NCBI GenBank assembly: GCA_002104905.1
Contig: MCFE01000673.1
Coordinates: 1 to 47,368 of the forward strand
Length of the DNA: 47,368 nucleotides
Source of the DNA: Basidiobolus meristosporus CBS 931.73
Taxonomy: Eukaryota; Fungi; Basidiobolomycota
Direction: 5' to 3'
Positions 1-11,516 of the stretch are shown here, in pieces. Under the pieces are notes generated by a model. That model was not told where the DNA came from and did not search any database. It was given only the letters and a program-made list of their open reading frames with translations. Positions within the stretch are counted from its first letter, which is position 1. The number at the start of each line of letters is the position of its first letter. Position numbers and translations under genes: made by a program.

Positions 1-399
1 ATTCCTCAGTCGTTGCAGATCTCCAAAACTTTGTCTGAGGCCTATTTGGGGCCTCTTTTACAGTCTGGGGCTCATCAATACGGACTGAATAAGCATAGGT
101 TAAGTGTGTACCCTCCTTGATACAATAATTTGGGCTATTTCTTGTCTGATTGAATCTCAGGGCATTTGACGCTGGAATGATCACTTCTGGGATATTCCTG
201 GGCACTGATTCTGGCTGAATCATGGTTGTAGAGTCCTCTGGAGTGAAAAGATTTCTTTGATTTGCTCTGAATCAATCCTGACAATTGCTGGACTTGAGAT
301 CAGATTTTTGTCATCATCTGAAGTCATTTTTTGTGAAAATTTTGGGTTTTCATCAGACAGCACATCCCTGGACTTGTTTAGCTTCTTCTCTTTGGTATT

Positions 400-1383
400 T
401 TAGTGTCTGTATGCGTTGCTCTCATTGCAGTAACCCAAAAATATGCATTTTATACTTTTTGGCTCAAATTTTGACTGATTTCTGGGCAGTTTCTTGGCAT
501 ATGCTGTACACCCAAATATTCTTAGATGTTCCACACTTGGTCTGTACCCATACCATACTTCAAATGGAGTAGAATCACAAAGCATTCTGTTATAACTTCT
601 ATTTTTAAGGTATACAGCAGTGGCAACTGATTCTGCCCAAAAATCATAGGATAGTTTTTGAACATGGATCATAGATCTTGCCATATCAATTATTGATCTG
701 TTGGCACATTCTGCTACTTCATTTTGCTGTGGGGAGTATGGTACAGTAGTCTCTTGCTTTATACCATGAACTTTGCAGAATTGGATGAAGAGTTTTGAGG
801 TATATTCTCCAACATTGTCAGAGCATATTGTCTTGATTTTTTCACCAGTTTCTCCCTCCACCATGGCTTTAAACTCCCTGAACTTAGAAAGAGCTTCTTC
901 CCTTCTCTTCATGGAGTAGACCCACCTGTATCTTATATAATCATCAGTAAAAGTGATTAAATACTTCATCCTGCCTAAGGATAAATTTTGCATAGGTCCA
1001 CACAGATCTGAGTGAATAAGATCTAATTTTTTCTTAGTTTTAATTAACTCAGAGCTCTTGAACAGATGTCTGGCTTGCTTCCCATATATGCAGGCTTCAC
1101 AGTGCTCCAAAATAGCTGGGGGATCAACTTTTACTCTGGAGATTAGCTGATCTTTGATTATTTTGCACAAGTAATCAAAATTCATGTGCCCAAATCTCCT
1201 GTGCCAAAGCATTGGTGTTTCTTCATTGAAGTTACCCATACTGGCTTCCAAATATGATGGAATATAAGTCAGCCTGTATAGATTCTTATCTCTGATACCC
1301 AAAGCAATATGGGCACTATTTTGATCAGCAATCTTGCATACAGCATTGTCAAAGCTGAAATTGAGTCCTTCTGCAGTGGCCAT
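400..1383 (-). pseudogene. pol: Copia pol fragment: GAG-pre-integrase and integrase core
   Basis: Motifs LWHRRFGHMN, HSDLCGP, SDNVGEY, TVPYSPQQNEVAE, FWAESVATAVYLKNR, KCIFLGY; there is an upstream premature TAG relative to the paralogue. Confidence 0.93.
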
Positions 1384-1399
1384 GCTTACAGATAGTAGG

Positions 1400-1864
1400 T
1401 TCTTGGCTATTTCTGGTACCTAGAGTACATCTTTAAGGGTCAGTGTATGGCTTCCTTCACTGCTTCTTAGGTTTACTTGGATAGTTCCTTCTCCCACTGC
1501 ATCAAGTGTTCTATTGTCACCCATGAAAACCTTCTTAATTGGAATATCTTGATATTGGGTAAAGAGTTCTTTTTGGTGTGTAAAGTGTTAAGATGCTCCA
1601 GAGTCAATATACCATGTCTGAGAATCATTTTTGTGGTCATATTAAGTGCAGATATGAATAGTGTATCTTCAGCTGTTGCAGCATTTCCATATTCAGGCTT
1701 TTTCTGCTCACTCTCTCTCTTTTTGAAGCACCAGTCTGATGTTTGTCCTTTCCTTTTGCAGTAGTTGCAAAACAGGTTGCTGTTGTTTTTGTAGGGTCTT
1801 GGGTACCTCCTTTGTTGGTTATTGCTGCTTATTAAAGCATTTTCTTCTTCCTTCTTATTGGCAC
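1400..1864 (-). pseudogene. gag: Copia gag C-terminus (CCHC-type knuckle) and protease, frameshifted
   Basis: FCNYCKRKGQTSDWC knuckle; YIDSGA readable in an alternative frame near 1600; matches the paralogue ORF 46138-47331. Confidence 0.88.
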
Positions 1865-2936
1865 TGTAGTGGGGTGACAGTGACACCCACTGACAGATGT
1901 GCTCATTCCCTTATTTTCTACTTCCCTATATCCCTACTACACTCATTTTAGTATTATCCCATTTGTCTTGCCCAATCAGTACTATCCCATAAGCCGGTTG
2001 ACTATCACACCTGCTTACCTTATTGCATAAGTTACCCCTCACTTTATGTAAGATTACTAGCTACAAGTGCTTCTATATTAGGCAAGTACCCGCGCCAGTA
2101 CCCGTGACACATGATCAACCTGTGTCACCATCCCTACCATTTCCATACCATATATGGTATCCCCATGTTGCACAGGTTTCAGAATACTGATTCCTGATTG
2201 GTTGGATGTGCTGTGCCTCTTAGAACCTTCCGGCACCTACTTAGAACATTTGTAGGTCATTCTGATGTCATTAAGATTTCTATTGATATCCGGAACCTTC
2301 TGGAACACCATGATTAGTAATCACTTAGCCAGTGAGAAAAGTATATAAGGGAGGCTATCCCTCTACAATAAATCATCATCCCTTTTATCAATATACCAAC
2401 TTGTTGATTAGTGTGATCACTGCTACCTGCTGCTACCTGAACTTCCAACCCCAGACCACAGGACACTCCCAGGAAACCGCGCTAACAGCCAACTGACCTT
2501 GGAGGCACTACTTGTGAGGAATACTCAGAGTAGGTATCTTTTATTTATATTTGATTCTTTCCCAAGTTTGTTCTTGTACAGGCAAAGATACTTTTCTGTC
2601 TTTGTAACTATTGACCACAGCTGCATTCTTATCAAGTCCCTGCTGGTGGAGTTTACAGTTGTTTTGACTTTGGAAGCTTTAGTACATTGTCATCTCAAAG
2701 GACGCTGAACCCAGCACATACTTTTGTTAAGACGCCAACTAAGTTGGGGATTGTAGCTCAATAGTTTTCCCTTGACAAGCTTGTGGCTTTATTCCCCTTC
2801 ACATTAGATTAGAGACAGAACCCAAGTATTCCTAGCAAGCTTTTGCCAGAGGTTATTGCACCCAGTGAACACCCCACACACAAAACACTTGAGAAGTGTT
2901 GGACGTATCTCTCCCTTGGACCTATACACCACCACA
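1865..2936 (+). mobile_element. LTR-A solo LTR #1 (1072 bp)
   Basis: TGTAGTGG...CCACCACA termini; TATATAA at 2342 and AATAAA at 2367; flanked by GCAC (1861-1864) and GCGC (2937-2940); near-identical copies elsewhere in the window. Confidence 0.92.
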
Positions 2937-3309
2937 GCGCTGTAGTGGGGTGACAGTGACACCCACTGACAGATGTGCTCATTCCCTTATTTTCTACTTC
3001 CCTATATCTCTACTACACTCATTTTAGTTTTATCCCATTTGTCTTACCCAATCAGTACTATCCCATAAGCCGGTTGACTATCACACCTGCTTACCTTATT
3101 GCATTAGTTACCCCTCACTTTATATAAGATTACTAGCTATAAGTGCTTCTATATTAGGCAACTACCCATGCCAGTACCCGTGTCACATGATCTACCAGTG
3201 TCACCATCCCTACCACTGCCATACCATATATGGTATCCCTATGTTACACAGGTTTCAGAATACTGATTCCTGATTGGTTGGATGTGCTGTGCCTTTTAGA
3301 ACCTTCCGG

Positions 3310-4029
3310 TGCGGTGGTGTAGAGGTACTCCTGGGAGAAGCTACACAACTCAAGGTGTGTGAGGTGTCTGATGGGTGCAATAACCTCTGTGTCTAAACTC
3401 TGTGTGTCTTGTGCACTACCCTGAAAAGCTCCTTGATGTCAGGTCTGAGATGTACTGTTGAAGGCAGGTGCAGTGATCAACTGCTAATCAATAAGGTAGA
3501 AGTGTTACTGATAGAAGGGATGATTTATTGGTGAGGGATTGCTTTCCCTTAAATACTTTTCCTGATTGCCAAGTGATTACTAATGAAAAGGTTATAGAAG
3601 ATTCTAGGTATCAGTGGAATTCTTAATGACATCACTATGAGCTAAAAATATGCCAAGAATGTCCTGGAAGGTTCTAAAAGGCACAGCACTCTCAACCAAT
3701 CAGGAATCAGTAGTCTGAAACCTGTGCAACATAGAAATACCATATATGGTATTGAAGTGGTAGGGATGGTAACACAGACCTAGGTCATGTGTCATGGGTA
3801 CTGACGCAGGTACTTGCCTTATATAGATACATCTACTGATCACAAAGCTGAATAACATCTAGGATAACTAATGCTAATAACTAATCAGGGTAAACATCAT
3901 ATGGGGATAATACTGATAATATGGGCAAAAGAAGAATGGGATAATACTGATAAGATAAAATATGGATAAGTATATCATAATGACTATATGAATAAACTTG
4001 TCTGTGGGAGGTATGTTTACCTTACCACA
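3310..4029 (-). mobile_element. 720-bp solo LTR of an LTR-A-related subfamily, antisense
   Basis: TG...CA ends; CCGG TSD at 3306-3309 and 4030-4033 (empty site CCGG at 2230-2233 in copy #1); the central part is clearly homologous to the reverse complement of LTR-A. Confidence 0.9.
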
Positions 4030-4451
4030 CCGGCACCTACTTGGAACATTCTTGGGTCATTCTGATGTCATTAAGATTTCTATTGATATCCAGAACCTTC
4101 TGGAACACCATGATTAGTAATTACTTAGCCAGTGAGAAAAGTATATAAGGGAGGCTATCCCTCAACAATAAATCATCATCCCTTTTATCAATATACCAAC
4201 TTATTGATTATTGTGATCACTGCTACCTGCTGCTACCTGAACTTCCAACCCTAGACCACAGGACACTCCCAGGAAACTGAACTGACAGCCAACTGACCTT
4301 GGAGCTACTGCTTGTGAGGAATACTCAGAGTAGGTATCTTTTATATATTTGATTCTTTCACAAGTTTGTTCTTGTACAGGCAAAGATACTTTTCTGTCTT
4401 TGTAACTATTGACCACAGCTGCATTCTTATCAAGTCACTGCTGGTGGAGTT

Positions 4452-4838
4452 TGTGGGTTATTACTGACTGTACTTGATGAGTGGGAGAGCTTGTAGGTCA
4501 AGTCAGTACCACTTGGTTCAGAATAGCTTCCGATAGAAGGTAGCAAGGTAATAAAGACTTCTGTTTATTTCGTCCAAATCTTGTTGTTCTTCCTGGTTCA
4601 ATTGGGTAGATATATATATCACTTGGAGGGGCTTAGACAATAGACAATGTGTTATAAAATAGGGGTGTGAACACCTTCCTGTTATGGTAAGTGTTCTAAC
4701 TAGATAAGGGCAGGGATAGGAGGGGAGGACGCGTGGGGGAATCATAGGGAGGGTACTGGAGGACTTCGGGTAGGACTCTGGAGGGAACTCTTGGGAGAAC
4801 TCTTGGGCGAAGAGTGGGTACTACATTGAGTACTCACA
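4452..4838 (-). repeat. Gypsy-G 3' LTR
   Basis: Direct repeat of 10838-11224, with 382/387 identity by manual alignment. Confidence 0.97.
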
Positions 4839-4882
4839 TATCCCGGGGGTTAAGTGGGAGCTTTGTCCTCAAAGTTCTTTGA

Positions 4883-6076
4883 CTAACTCGCTTCTCCAGG
4901 ATCAATTTCGTTTACAGAGCATGGGGAGTCACCGTAGTACCATTGCTGGTTGTTGCTCGCAAGGGGATCACGGGCAAGTACCTGATACCATTCGGCGGCA
5001 GAGTGGGGTGCGGCCTGTGTTGCTTGAGGGATGTTTTCCACAGAGCCAAATAGTTGGCAAACCATAGGGTTCTGGGTAAGTTCCTCGGGAGGGTCAGAGA
5101 CCAAGAAAAGGTGCAATAGCGCAATAAAGTCTTGCTTCTTTATCTTGCGAACGTTATCGGGGCTTGTCCTTTTTGTGTTCAATATGACGGCGGGGGACCT
5201 TTTGAAGAGGGCGTACACTCGGTCGGCAGTCACCCGTTGTCGATAACAAGTTTTTGCTTCTTCCAAGACGTATTGTAGTTCTTCCGTAGAAACTGTGGCG
5301 TGATCAAGGCGCTTTTGTACTCGCCTCATGGTTTCTACAGAATCCGCGGCGGTTTCTTTGGCTTCTTGGAGTTGGACTTCATACTGATTCCTGAGTTGTC
5401 ATATGGTAGACCACTGTAATAGTTGTAACACAGCAACTTGGTGGATCGCATGGGTTAACTGGCCGGTGTATTTAATCTGTTTGTGTATCTTCTCTAAGAT
5501 GGTTCCTTCTTGGAAATGTGGTTCAAGATGTTCGCAAATTTCTCGGAGGAGTCCTTCAATCGGGAGTTCTACTTCTGGTGCTCTTGCAGCTCATACCAGG
5601 TCTGCATATACCTCAACAACCGTGGTACCTATTAATGGCAAGTATGCAACAAAACAGGGGGGCTCTCGAGGTCTTGTGAGGGCGCAACAGTTGATTCCTT
5701 GTGTCTTCTGTCTGACTGTGTCCAGTATGGATACGGGAATCAGCATGGCGTCCTTCTCCTTAATGATCAAGGAACCTCCTCTTAGGTGGTACACGGTCTT
5801 CTTGGGTAGTATCTCTATGCTTTGTATTGGCGTGGGTAACTTGTCTCGTCCCTCTCTGATTGTGTCTTGTATTAGCGTGACTGCTCCGGCAAACAACTCT
5901 TCATAGGTGGCTCTCGTCGTACGTAACGCTCGTACCATATCTCTTAACACTTGCAGGTTGGTTTTGTTTTCGATATCATCTTGGTTCTTGCTAGTGGGAG
6001 GGGTATTGCCAGTTTTGGGTGAACTGTTTCCTTTGGCGCTTTCCATATGCATTCTTTTGTTCTCCCCTTTGGGCAA
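4883..6076 (-). pseudogene. Gypsy-G ORF3 (env position), unknown function, ~390-397 codons, broken by two TGA stops
   Basis: Track ORFs 5591-6076 and 4883-5329 are in one frame. The intervening DNA is open except for TGA at 5591-5593 and 5399-5401. First ATG at 6052; a coiled-coil-like segment is present. Confidence 0.8.
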
Positions 6077-6181
6077 ACTCCCTTGCGCATATTATTTGTA
6101 CCTATATTGACTAAAATCTCCTCTAATAAACTTCGAATGTATCCCGTGTCTTCCTCTATCCTTGTCCTGATAATTGTTTAA

Positions 6182-9100
6182 TCACACTTTGGTCTCAGTG
6201 ATGATCGGTGGATCATCATGAAACGGTTTCAGATGGGCTGGTGCTACGTTGCTGATTGTCTTATTATTCAGGGTGATGGTGTACTTTGGTCCATGGTCCA
6301 AACTGATAATGGTGCATGGGCCAATCCATTGGGGTGTAAATCGTGGGCGGAACTTGAGGCCTGCAATGGTTTGGTCGTACCACACCTTATTGCCTGGTTT
6401 CCACTTTCGTCTTGTTAGTTTCTCATTTTTGGGTGGAGGGGGAAGGTGCTTGTCAACATTTTCGAATACTTTTATGTATAGGTGGGCGATACGGTGTATC
6501 AACCTTTCTATATAGTCGTTATGTGTCGTCAGGGGGACACCTTCCATCGTCAATCCAGCTTCCTCCCGCCACTTGGGTCTTCGTCCATATAGGATTTCAT
6601 ATGGGGAGAAACCCGTCGTTTTATTTGGTGTGGTGCGCATTGCTAGGAGTGTCAGTGGGAGCAGCTTGGCCCATGATTGGGGAAGTTCCCAGTGAAGCTT
6701 CTCCAGTTTGCGGCAACACGTCTGGTTCATCCTCTCGGTTAATCCGTTAGTCTGGGGGTGATACGCGGCCGTGAAGACTTGTTTCACGCCCATCATTTTG
6801 CACAGGTGGGCCACGGTGTCGTTCAGGAAGGAACCACCATTGTTGGACAGGAGTATCTGAGGATATCCGTGTCGGCAGATGAGGTGTTCTAGAATGAATT
6901 GGGCGGTTGTCTTCTGATCTTTATTGCGGATGGCTTGGGCTTCTACCCACTTTGAGAAATAATCGGCAGCAATTATTATGTATTGTTCTCCTTTCTTTGT
7001 TTTCATAAAGGGGCCAACAAAGTTGATCCCTACTTGGTGGAAGGGCAGGTCAACCGGTATTGGTGCGGTTGTCCCTATCTTCTGACTTCGGTTGAATCTT
7101 TTGCAAGTGGTGCATCTTTGTAACGTATTTGTAACGTCGGTCATCATTTTTCGCCAATAAAACGTTTTTCTTAACATCTTATATGTCGTTAGGGGGTTAG
7201 CGTGTCCCAATGACATATGTCTTTCTTGTATGATTTCTTCACGGGCTGCTAGTGGGGGTACCTTGGCTCTGGACTCTCCTTGGAGGAACCATAGTCGATT
7301 TTCTTGTACTTCGTACTGACACCATTTCCTTCAAAATTCTCTCTTCTGTTTGTTTGTAACAACGTGTTCAGGATACCTCCCTTTCTTTTTAAAGCAGATT
7401 ACGTCCTCGTACTCATCACTGACACGTATTTGGCAAACGGGATAGCGACTGAGGAAGTCTGCGTCCTGGTGTTTCTTGCCAGCGCGGTGAATTATTTCAA
7501 AGTTGTATTGCTGTAGTCATAGGGCCCAACGTGCTAGTCGGCCGGTAAAGTCTTTAGTTTTCATCAGCCAGACCAGTGCGCTGTGGTCTGTTACTATTGT
7601 GAATTGGCAACCATGTATGTATGTATGGAATTGTTTAATTGAATAAACAACAGCCAGACATTCTATCTTGGGAACGGGGTAGTGGCATTTGTGTTTGTTT
7701 AGCAAACGGCTCACGTAACCGATCGGGTGGAATTTGCCGGGTTGGTGGTATTGTCCCAGTACGGCGCCTATACCGGTGAGGCTTCCATCACAGTTAATAA
7801 AAAATCTTGCATCCCAATTGAGAAATTGTAACACTGGCGGTGACGTCAGGGAATGTTTCAGCTGATCGAATGCTCTCTTTTGAGGCTCCGACCATACAAA
7901 ACACTAGCCCTTTTGCGTCAATTTGTATAGGGGGGCTGCTATCATTGCGAAGTTTTTGACAAAGCGGCAATAGTAGCCGGCTAATCCTAGGAATCCCAAC
8001 ACTGCATTAATGTCCTTTGGTGCAGGTGCATTTTGAACGGCTTTCAGGAGTGATGTAGATGGGTATATTCCATCTGCCAAGATCTCGTGGCCCAGGAACA
8101 ACAATTTTGTATACAGGAAATGGCACTTCTTGGGATGTAGTTTGAGTTGGTTCTTGAGGAGGGATGTCAGGATACGTTGCACGTCGTGTATATGTTCTTC
8201 TACATTGGGGGAATATATCGTGATGTCGTCCAGATACACGAGGGTGCATTCCCATTGTAGATTTCCTAGCACCTTGTCGATCATCCTTTGGAATGTAGCG
8301 GGGGCATTGCACAAGCCAAAGGGTAGTCGGTTCCATTTGTATAATCCAAACGATGTTATAAAAGCGGTTTTGGGTCGATCTTCCGGGGCTACTTCTACTT
8401 GCCAATACCTGGAGATTAAGTCAAGAGAGCTAAAATATTTAGCTCCAATTAATCTGTCCAAGAGGTCGTCTATTCGCGGTAGCAGATACACGTCCTTCTG
8501 GGTGACGGCGTTCAATTTCCGGTAGTCAATGCAAAAGCGTCGCTTTCCGTCTTTCTTCGGGACTATCACTACGGGGGAGGCCCACGGAGACTGGCTCTCT
8601 GTAATGATGTCGTCTTTTAATAAAGTTTCAATTGTCTCTTTGATATAGTCTGTGTCAATTTTTGAATTCCTATAGGCTTTTTGCTTGATGGGGTATTTGT
8701 CGGCGAGGTGGATTTGGTGATATACCCCAGGTATATGACCAATTACTTGGTTCTTAGAGAATACTCAGGCAAGCGGACGTATTCCTTCTAGGAATTTGTC
8801 TCGTAACGTAGGCGGTAGACCGGGGTCCACATCTAGTTTGGGGAGTTCTTCTTCTGGTTCTTTGTTTTGAGGTGGTCCTTGGTTGTTTCCGTCGACTTCC
8901 TCTAAGTTTAACAATGGCACTCCTCTAGGCAATGTCACCGTGTGTCGCCCGTTGTTAACCACTAAGCATTTCAGGCTTTGCGTTTCAAATTTTGGTGGTA
9001 TCCATACTTTAGGGATCAAGATTCCTTCCAGTTGCTTGGATGCTTTTGCTGCGGTTATCATTCTTCCGCTCGTTGAATAAGCTATTGGTGTTTCTAATGA

Positions 9101-10020
9101 GATCACCGTCTCACTGGCGGGTGGTATTTTTATCACCTTTCATGTGATGATCGGAGACTGCAACGGTTTCACCTCTTTGATTGTCACACTGTTGCTACGC
9201 GCCTGGCTCTCATCGGTGATATGAATCAGTGGGATACTCTCGGTATCCCACCTGAGTTCAGATGCACTGTAAAGTATATCCATCTTATGTTGGATAAACC
9301 AACTCTCGCCAATGAGTAAGTTGTTGGCTGCGACGGGTAGGACCATGACATCTTGGCGTATTATCAAGTTGCCTAGCCAAATGGGGCAATTGGGCACCAT
9401 ACCTACCGTTGTATCCAGTTGGTCATTCGCTAGCCGTACTTGAATGGTGTCGTTGGGGACTATATTTAGTTATAGACGTTTCGCTAATGACTCTGACATG
9501 ATCAACGTAGAGGATCCTGTGTCAATAAGGGCAAGAATCTCCTTATTCTCTATACGTACCTTTACGTATGTACCTTTATTCGGTTTTTGCAGGACCGTCT
9601 GGTTGACATGGAGGGTCGTTATCTCCTTCAATCCCTCTATCAGTTCCTTGACTAGAGCTGGGGCCAGTCCCAGTAAATTGGTTATTGGGAGGGTTGCCTT
9701 GGTTTGCTCTAGTACCTTCATTATGGGGAATAGGCCATGGGAAGACGTGCTAGCGTTCTTCATTTGCTTTAACACTTCTTCCCAAGGTTCATTCTGTACT
9801 TCTTCACCTAATTCCGCGCTCTTTCCTTTTGACGGAACCTCTACTACAGGTTCCTTTGCCTCCTCTCTAGAAGCAACATGTTGACGCTTCTTCTTCTGCA
9901 CTTCAATTGTCCTGACCAGAGGGCTTAGATTGACTGAGTCCCGTTGGCCTCCTGGCGAGGGACTCTGTCTTTTGACGCCTTCTTCTCTTTTGTGTCCGGT
10001 ACGGCTTCTCTTCCATATCG
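6182..10020 (-). pseudogene. pol: Gypsy-G pol: protease, RT, RNase H, integrase; one frame with six nonsense codons
   Basis: ALIDTGSS (PR); SPWASPVVIVPKKDG, FCIDYRKLN, VYLDD (RT); CDGSLTGIGAVL, TDHSAL (RH); GH..., C..C, AYHPQTNGLTER, WIGP (IN). Stops at 9470, 9140, 8765, 7904, 7517 and 7331. Confidence 0.96.
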
Positions 10021-10796
10021 TTTTTCACATCCATGGGCCCGGTGACCTACTTCTCCACACACATAACATGGATACTGTTGTTGCGGTCGTTCCATCTGTT
10101 GGGTCAGGACTTGAACCTGGGCCTTTAGATCTACGACAGCTTCCCAGAGTTTATCACCCTCTTTGGGGACTTCTTGGACATTGTTGATTGAGAGTTCTTG
10201 GACCTTTCGCCGTAATTCCTCTAACTCACGGTCTTTCGGGGAGGCGATTTTTCCTTTCTTACAGGGGATCCCTGTCCTTCAATCATTTGTATCACTATAG
10301 GGTAGCCCCATAGCAAGATGACCCCTCGTACTTGTTTGACCAACTCTTGCAACATTTTACATCCCTGTTGTTCTTCAGACGCCCTACGTCTTATTTCGTC
10401 GTCTAAGCCCATGATGTAATACCTCATGAGCTGTTGTTTGGCAATTTCATCCTTTGGGAGACATCGAACTTGTTGGAGAAACAGTTCAGTGTAGGCTTCA
10501 TAGCTTTCACTGCTTTTCTTCCGCGAGGACAGTAGAAGGGCTTTGTAGTGGTATCCTTTGGCATATAGAAAGCATGTCTTGTAGGCTTCTTCTAGTGCAT
10601 CCCAGTTGTCTTTGACTGCGTCTTCCAACCCATAATGCCATCGCCATGCTGACCCTTCCATATGTCTTGCAAACTCTCTTACTTTCTTATTGTTGTCCCA
10701 TCCTGCATCAACCGCAACTCTCTCAAACTTATTGAACCACTCAAGGGCTTTCTCTCTCTTTCCCTTGTATGTTTTTAGTTTGATTGTAGTAGTCAT
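9925..10796 (-). pseudogene. gag: Gypsy-G gag (capsid plus CCHC knuckle), one internal frameshift near 10305
   Basis: EWFNKFERVA...AWRW...WDALEEAYKTCF capsid-like segment; CYVCGEVGHRAHGC knuckle near 10030-10075 in a shifted frame ending in TAA at 9925-9927. Confidence 0.88.
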
Positions 10797-10819
10797 TACC
10801 TCACTTGTGCTTATTTCTG

Positions 10820-10833
10820 CAGAGACGGCACCA
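10820..10833 (-). promoter_or_regulatory. Gypsy-G primer-binding site, tRNA-His-like (TGGTGCCGTCTCTG)
   Basis: Lies 4 nt inside the 5' LTR; complementary to a tRNA 3' end ...GACGGCA-CCA, the acceptor-stem ending typical of eukaryotic tRNA-His. Confidence 0.7.
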
Positions 10834-10837
10834 AATA

Positions 10838-11224
10838 TGTGGGTTATTACTGACTGTACTTGATGAGTGGGAGAGCTTGTAGGTCAAGTCAGTACCACTT
10901 GGTTCAGAATAGCTTCCAATAGAAGGTAGCAAGGTAATAAAGACTTCTGTTTATTTCGTCCAAATCTCGTTGTTCTTCCTGGTTCAATTGGGTAGATATA
11001 TATATCACTTGGAGGGGCTTAGACAATAGACAATGTGTTATAAAATAGGGGTGTGAACACCTTCCTGTTATGGTAAGTGTTCAAACTAGATAAGGGCAGG
11101 GATAGGAGGGGAGGACGCATGGGGGAATCATAGGGAGGGTACTGGAGGACTTCGGGTAGGACTCTGGAGGGAACTCTTGGGAGAACTCTTGGGCAAAGAG
11201 TGGGTACTACATTGAGTACTCACA
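10838..11224 (-). repeat. Gypsy-G 5' LTR
   Basis: Direct repeat of 4452-4838, adjacent to the PBS. Confidence 0.97.
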
Positions 11225-11516
11225 GAGTTTACAGCTGTTTTGACTTTGGAAGCTTTAGTACCTTGTCATCTCAAAGGACGCTGAGCCCAGCACATACTTT
11301 TGTTAAGATGTCAACTAAGTTGGGGATTGTAGCTCAGTAGTTTTCCCTTGACAAGCTTGTGGCTTTATTCCCCTTCACATTAGATTAGAGACAGAACCCA
11401 AGTATTCCTAGCAAGCTTTTGCCAGAGGTTATTGTGCCCAGTGAACACCCCACACACAAAACACTTGAGAAGTGTTGGACGTATCTCTCCCTTGGACTTA
11501 TACACCACCACAGCGC

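Larger units (their letters stand above)
4452..11224 (-). mobile_element. Full-length Ty3/gypsy LTR retrotransposon 'Gypsy-G' (6773 bp) with a third ORF
   Basis: Two 387-bp LTRs with 5 differences; TG...CA ends; 5-bp TSD GAGTT (4447-4451, 11225-11229); PBS; domain order gag-PR-RT-RH-IN. Confidence 0.97.
2941..11512 (+). mobile_element. LTR-A solo LTR #2, interrupted by two younger insertions (pieces 2941-3309, 4034-4451, 11230-11512; ~1070 bp)
   Basis: The pieces rejoin colinearly with copy #1; flanked by GCGC (2937-2940) and GCGC (11513-11516). Confidence 0.92.

Noticed and set aside
4883-6076. Calling ORF3 an env gene
   Set aside because: The position fits, but I see no signal peptide, furin site or clear C-terminal transmembrane anchor.
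285-9884. Plus-strand ORFs such as 285-572, 1477-1764, 5403-5906, 8130-8525 and 9444-9884
   Set aside because: Antisense shadows of retroelement coding frames, with no independent motifs.
9925-10030. Programmed -1 frameshift signal in the Gypsy-G gag/pol overlap
   Set aside because: pol is -1 to gag with ~100 nt of overlap, but I found no canonical XXXYYYZ heptamer; the mechanism is left uncalled.
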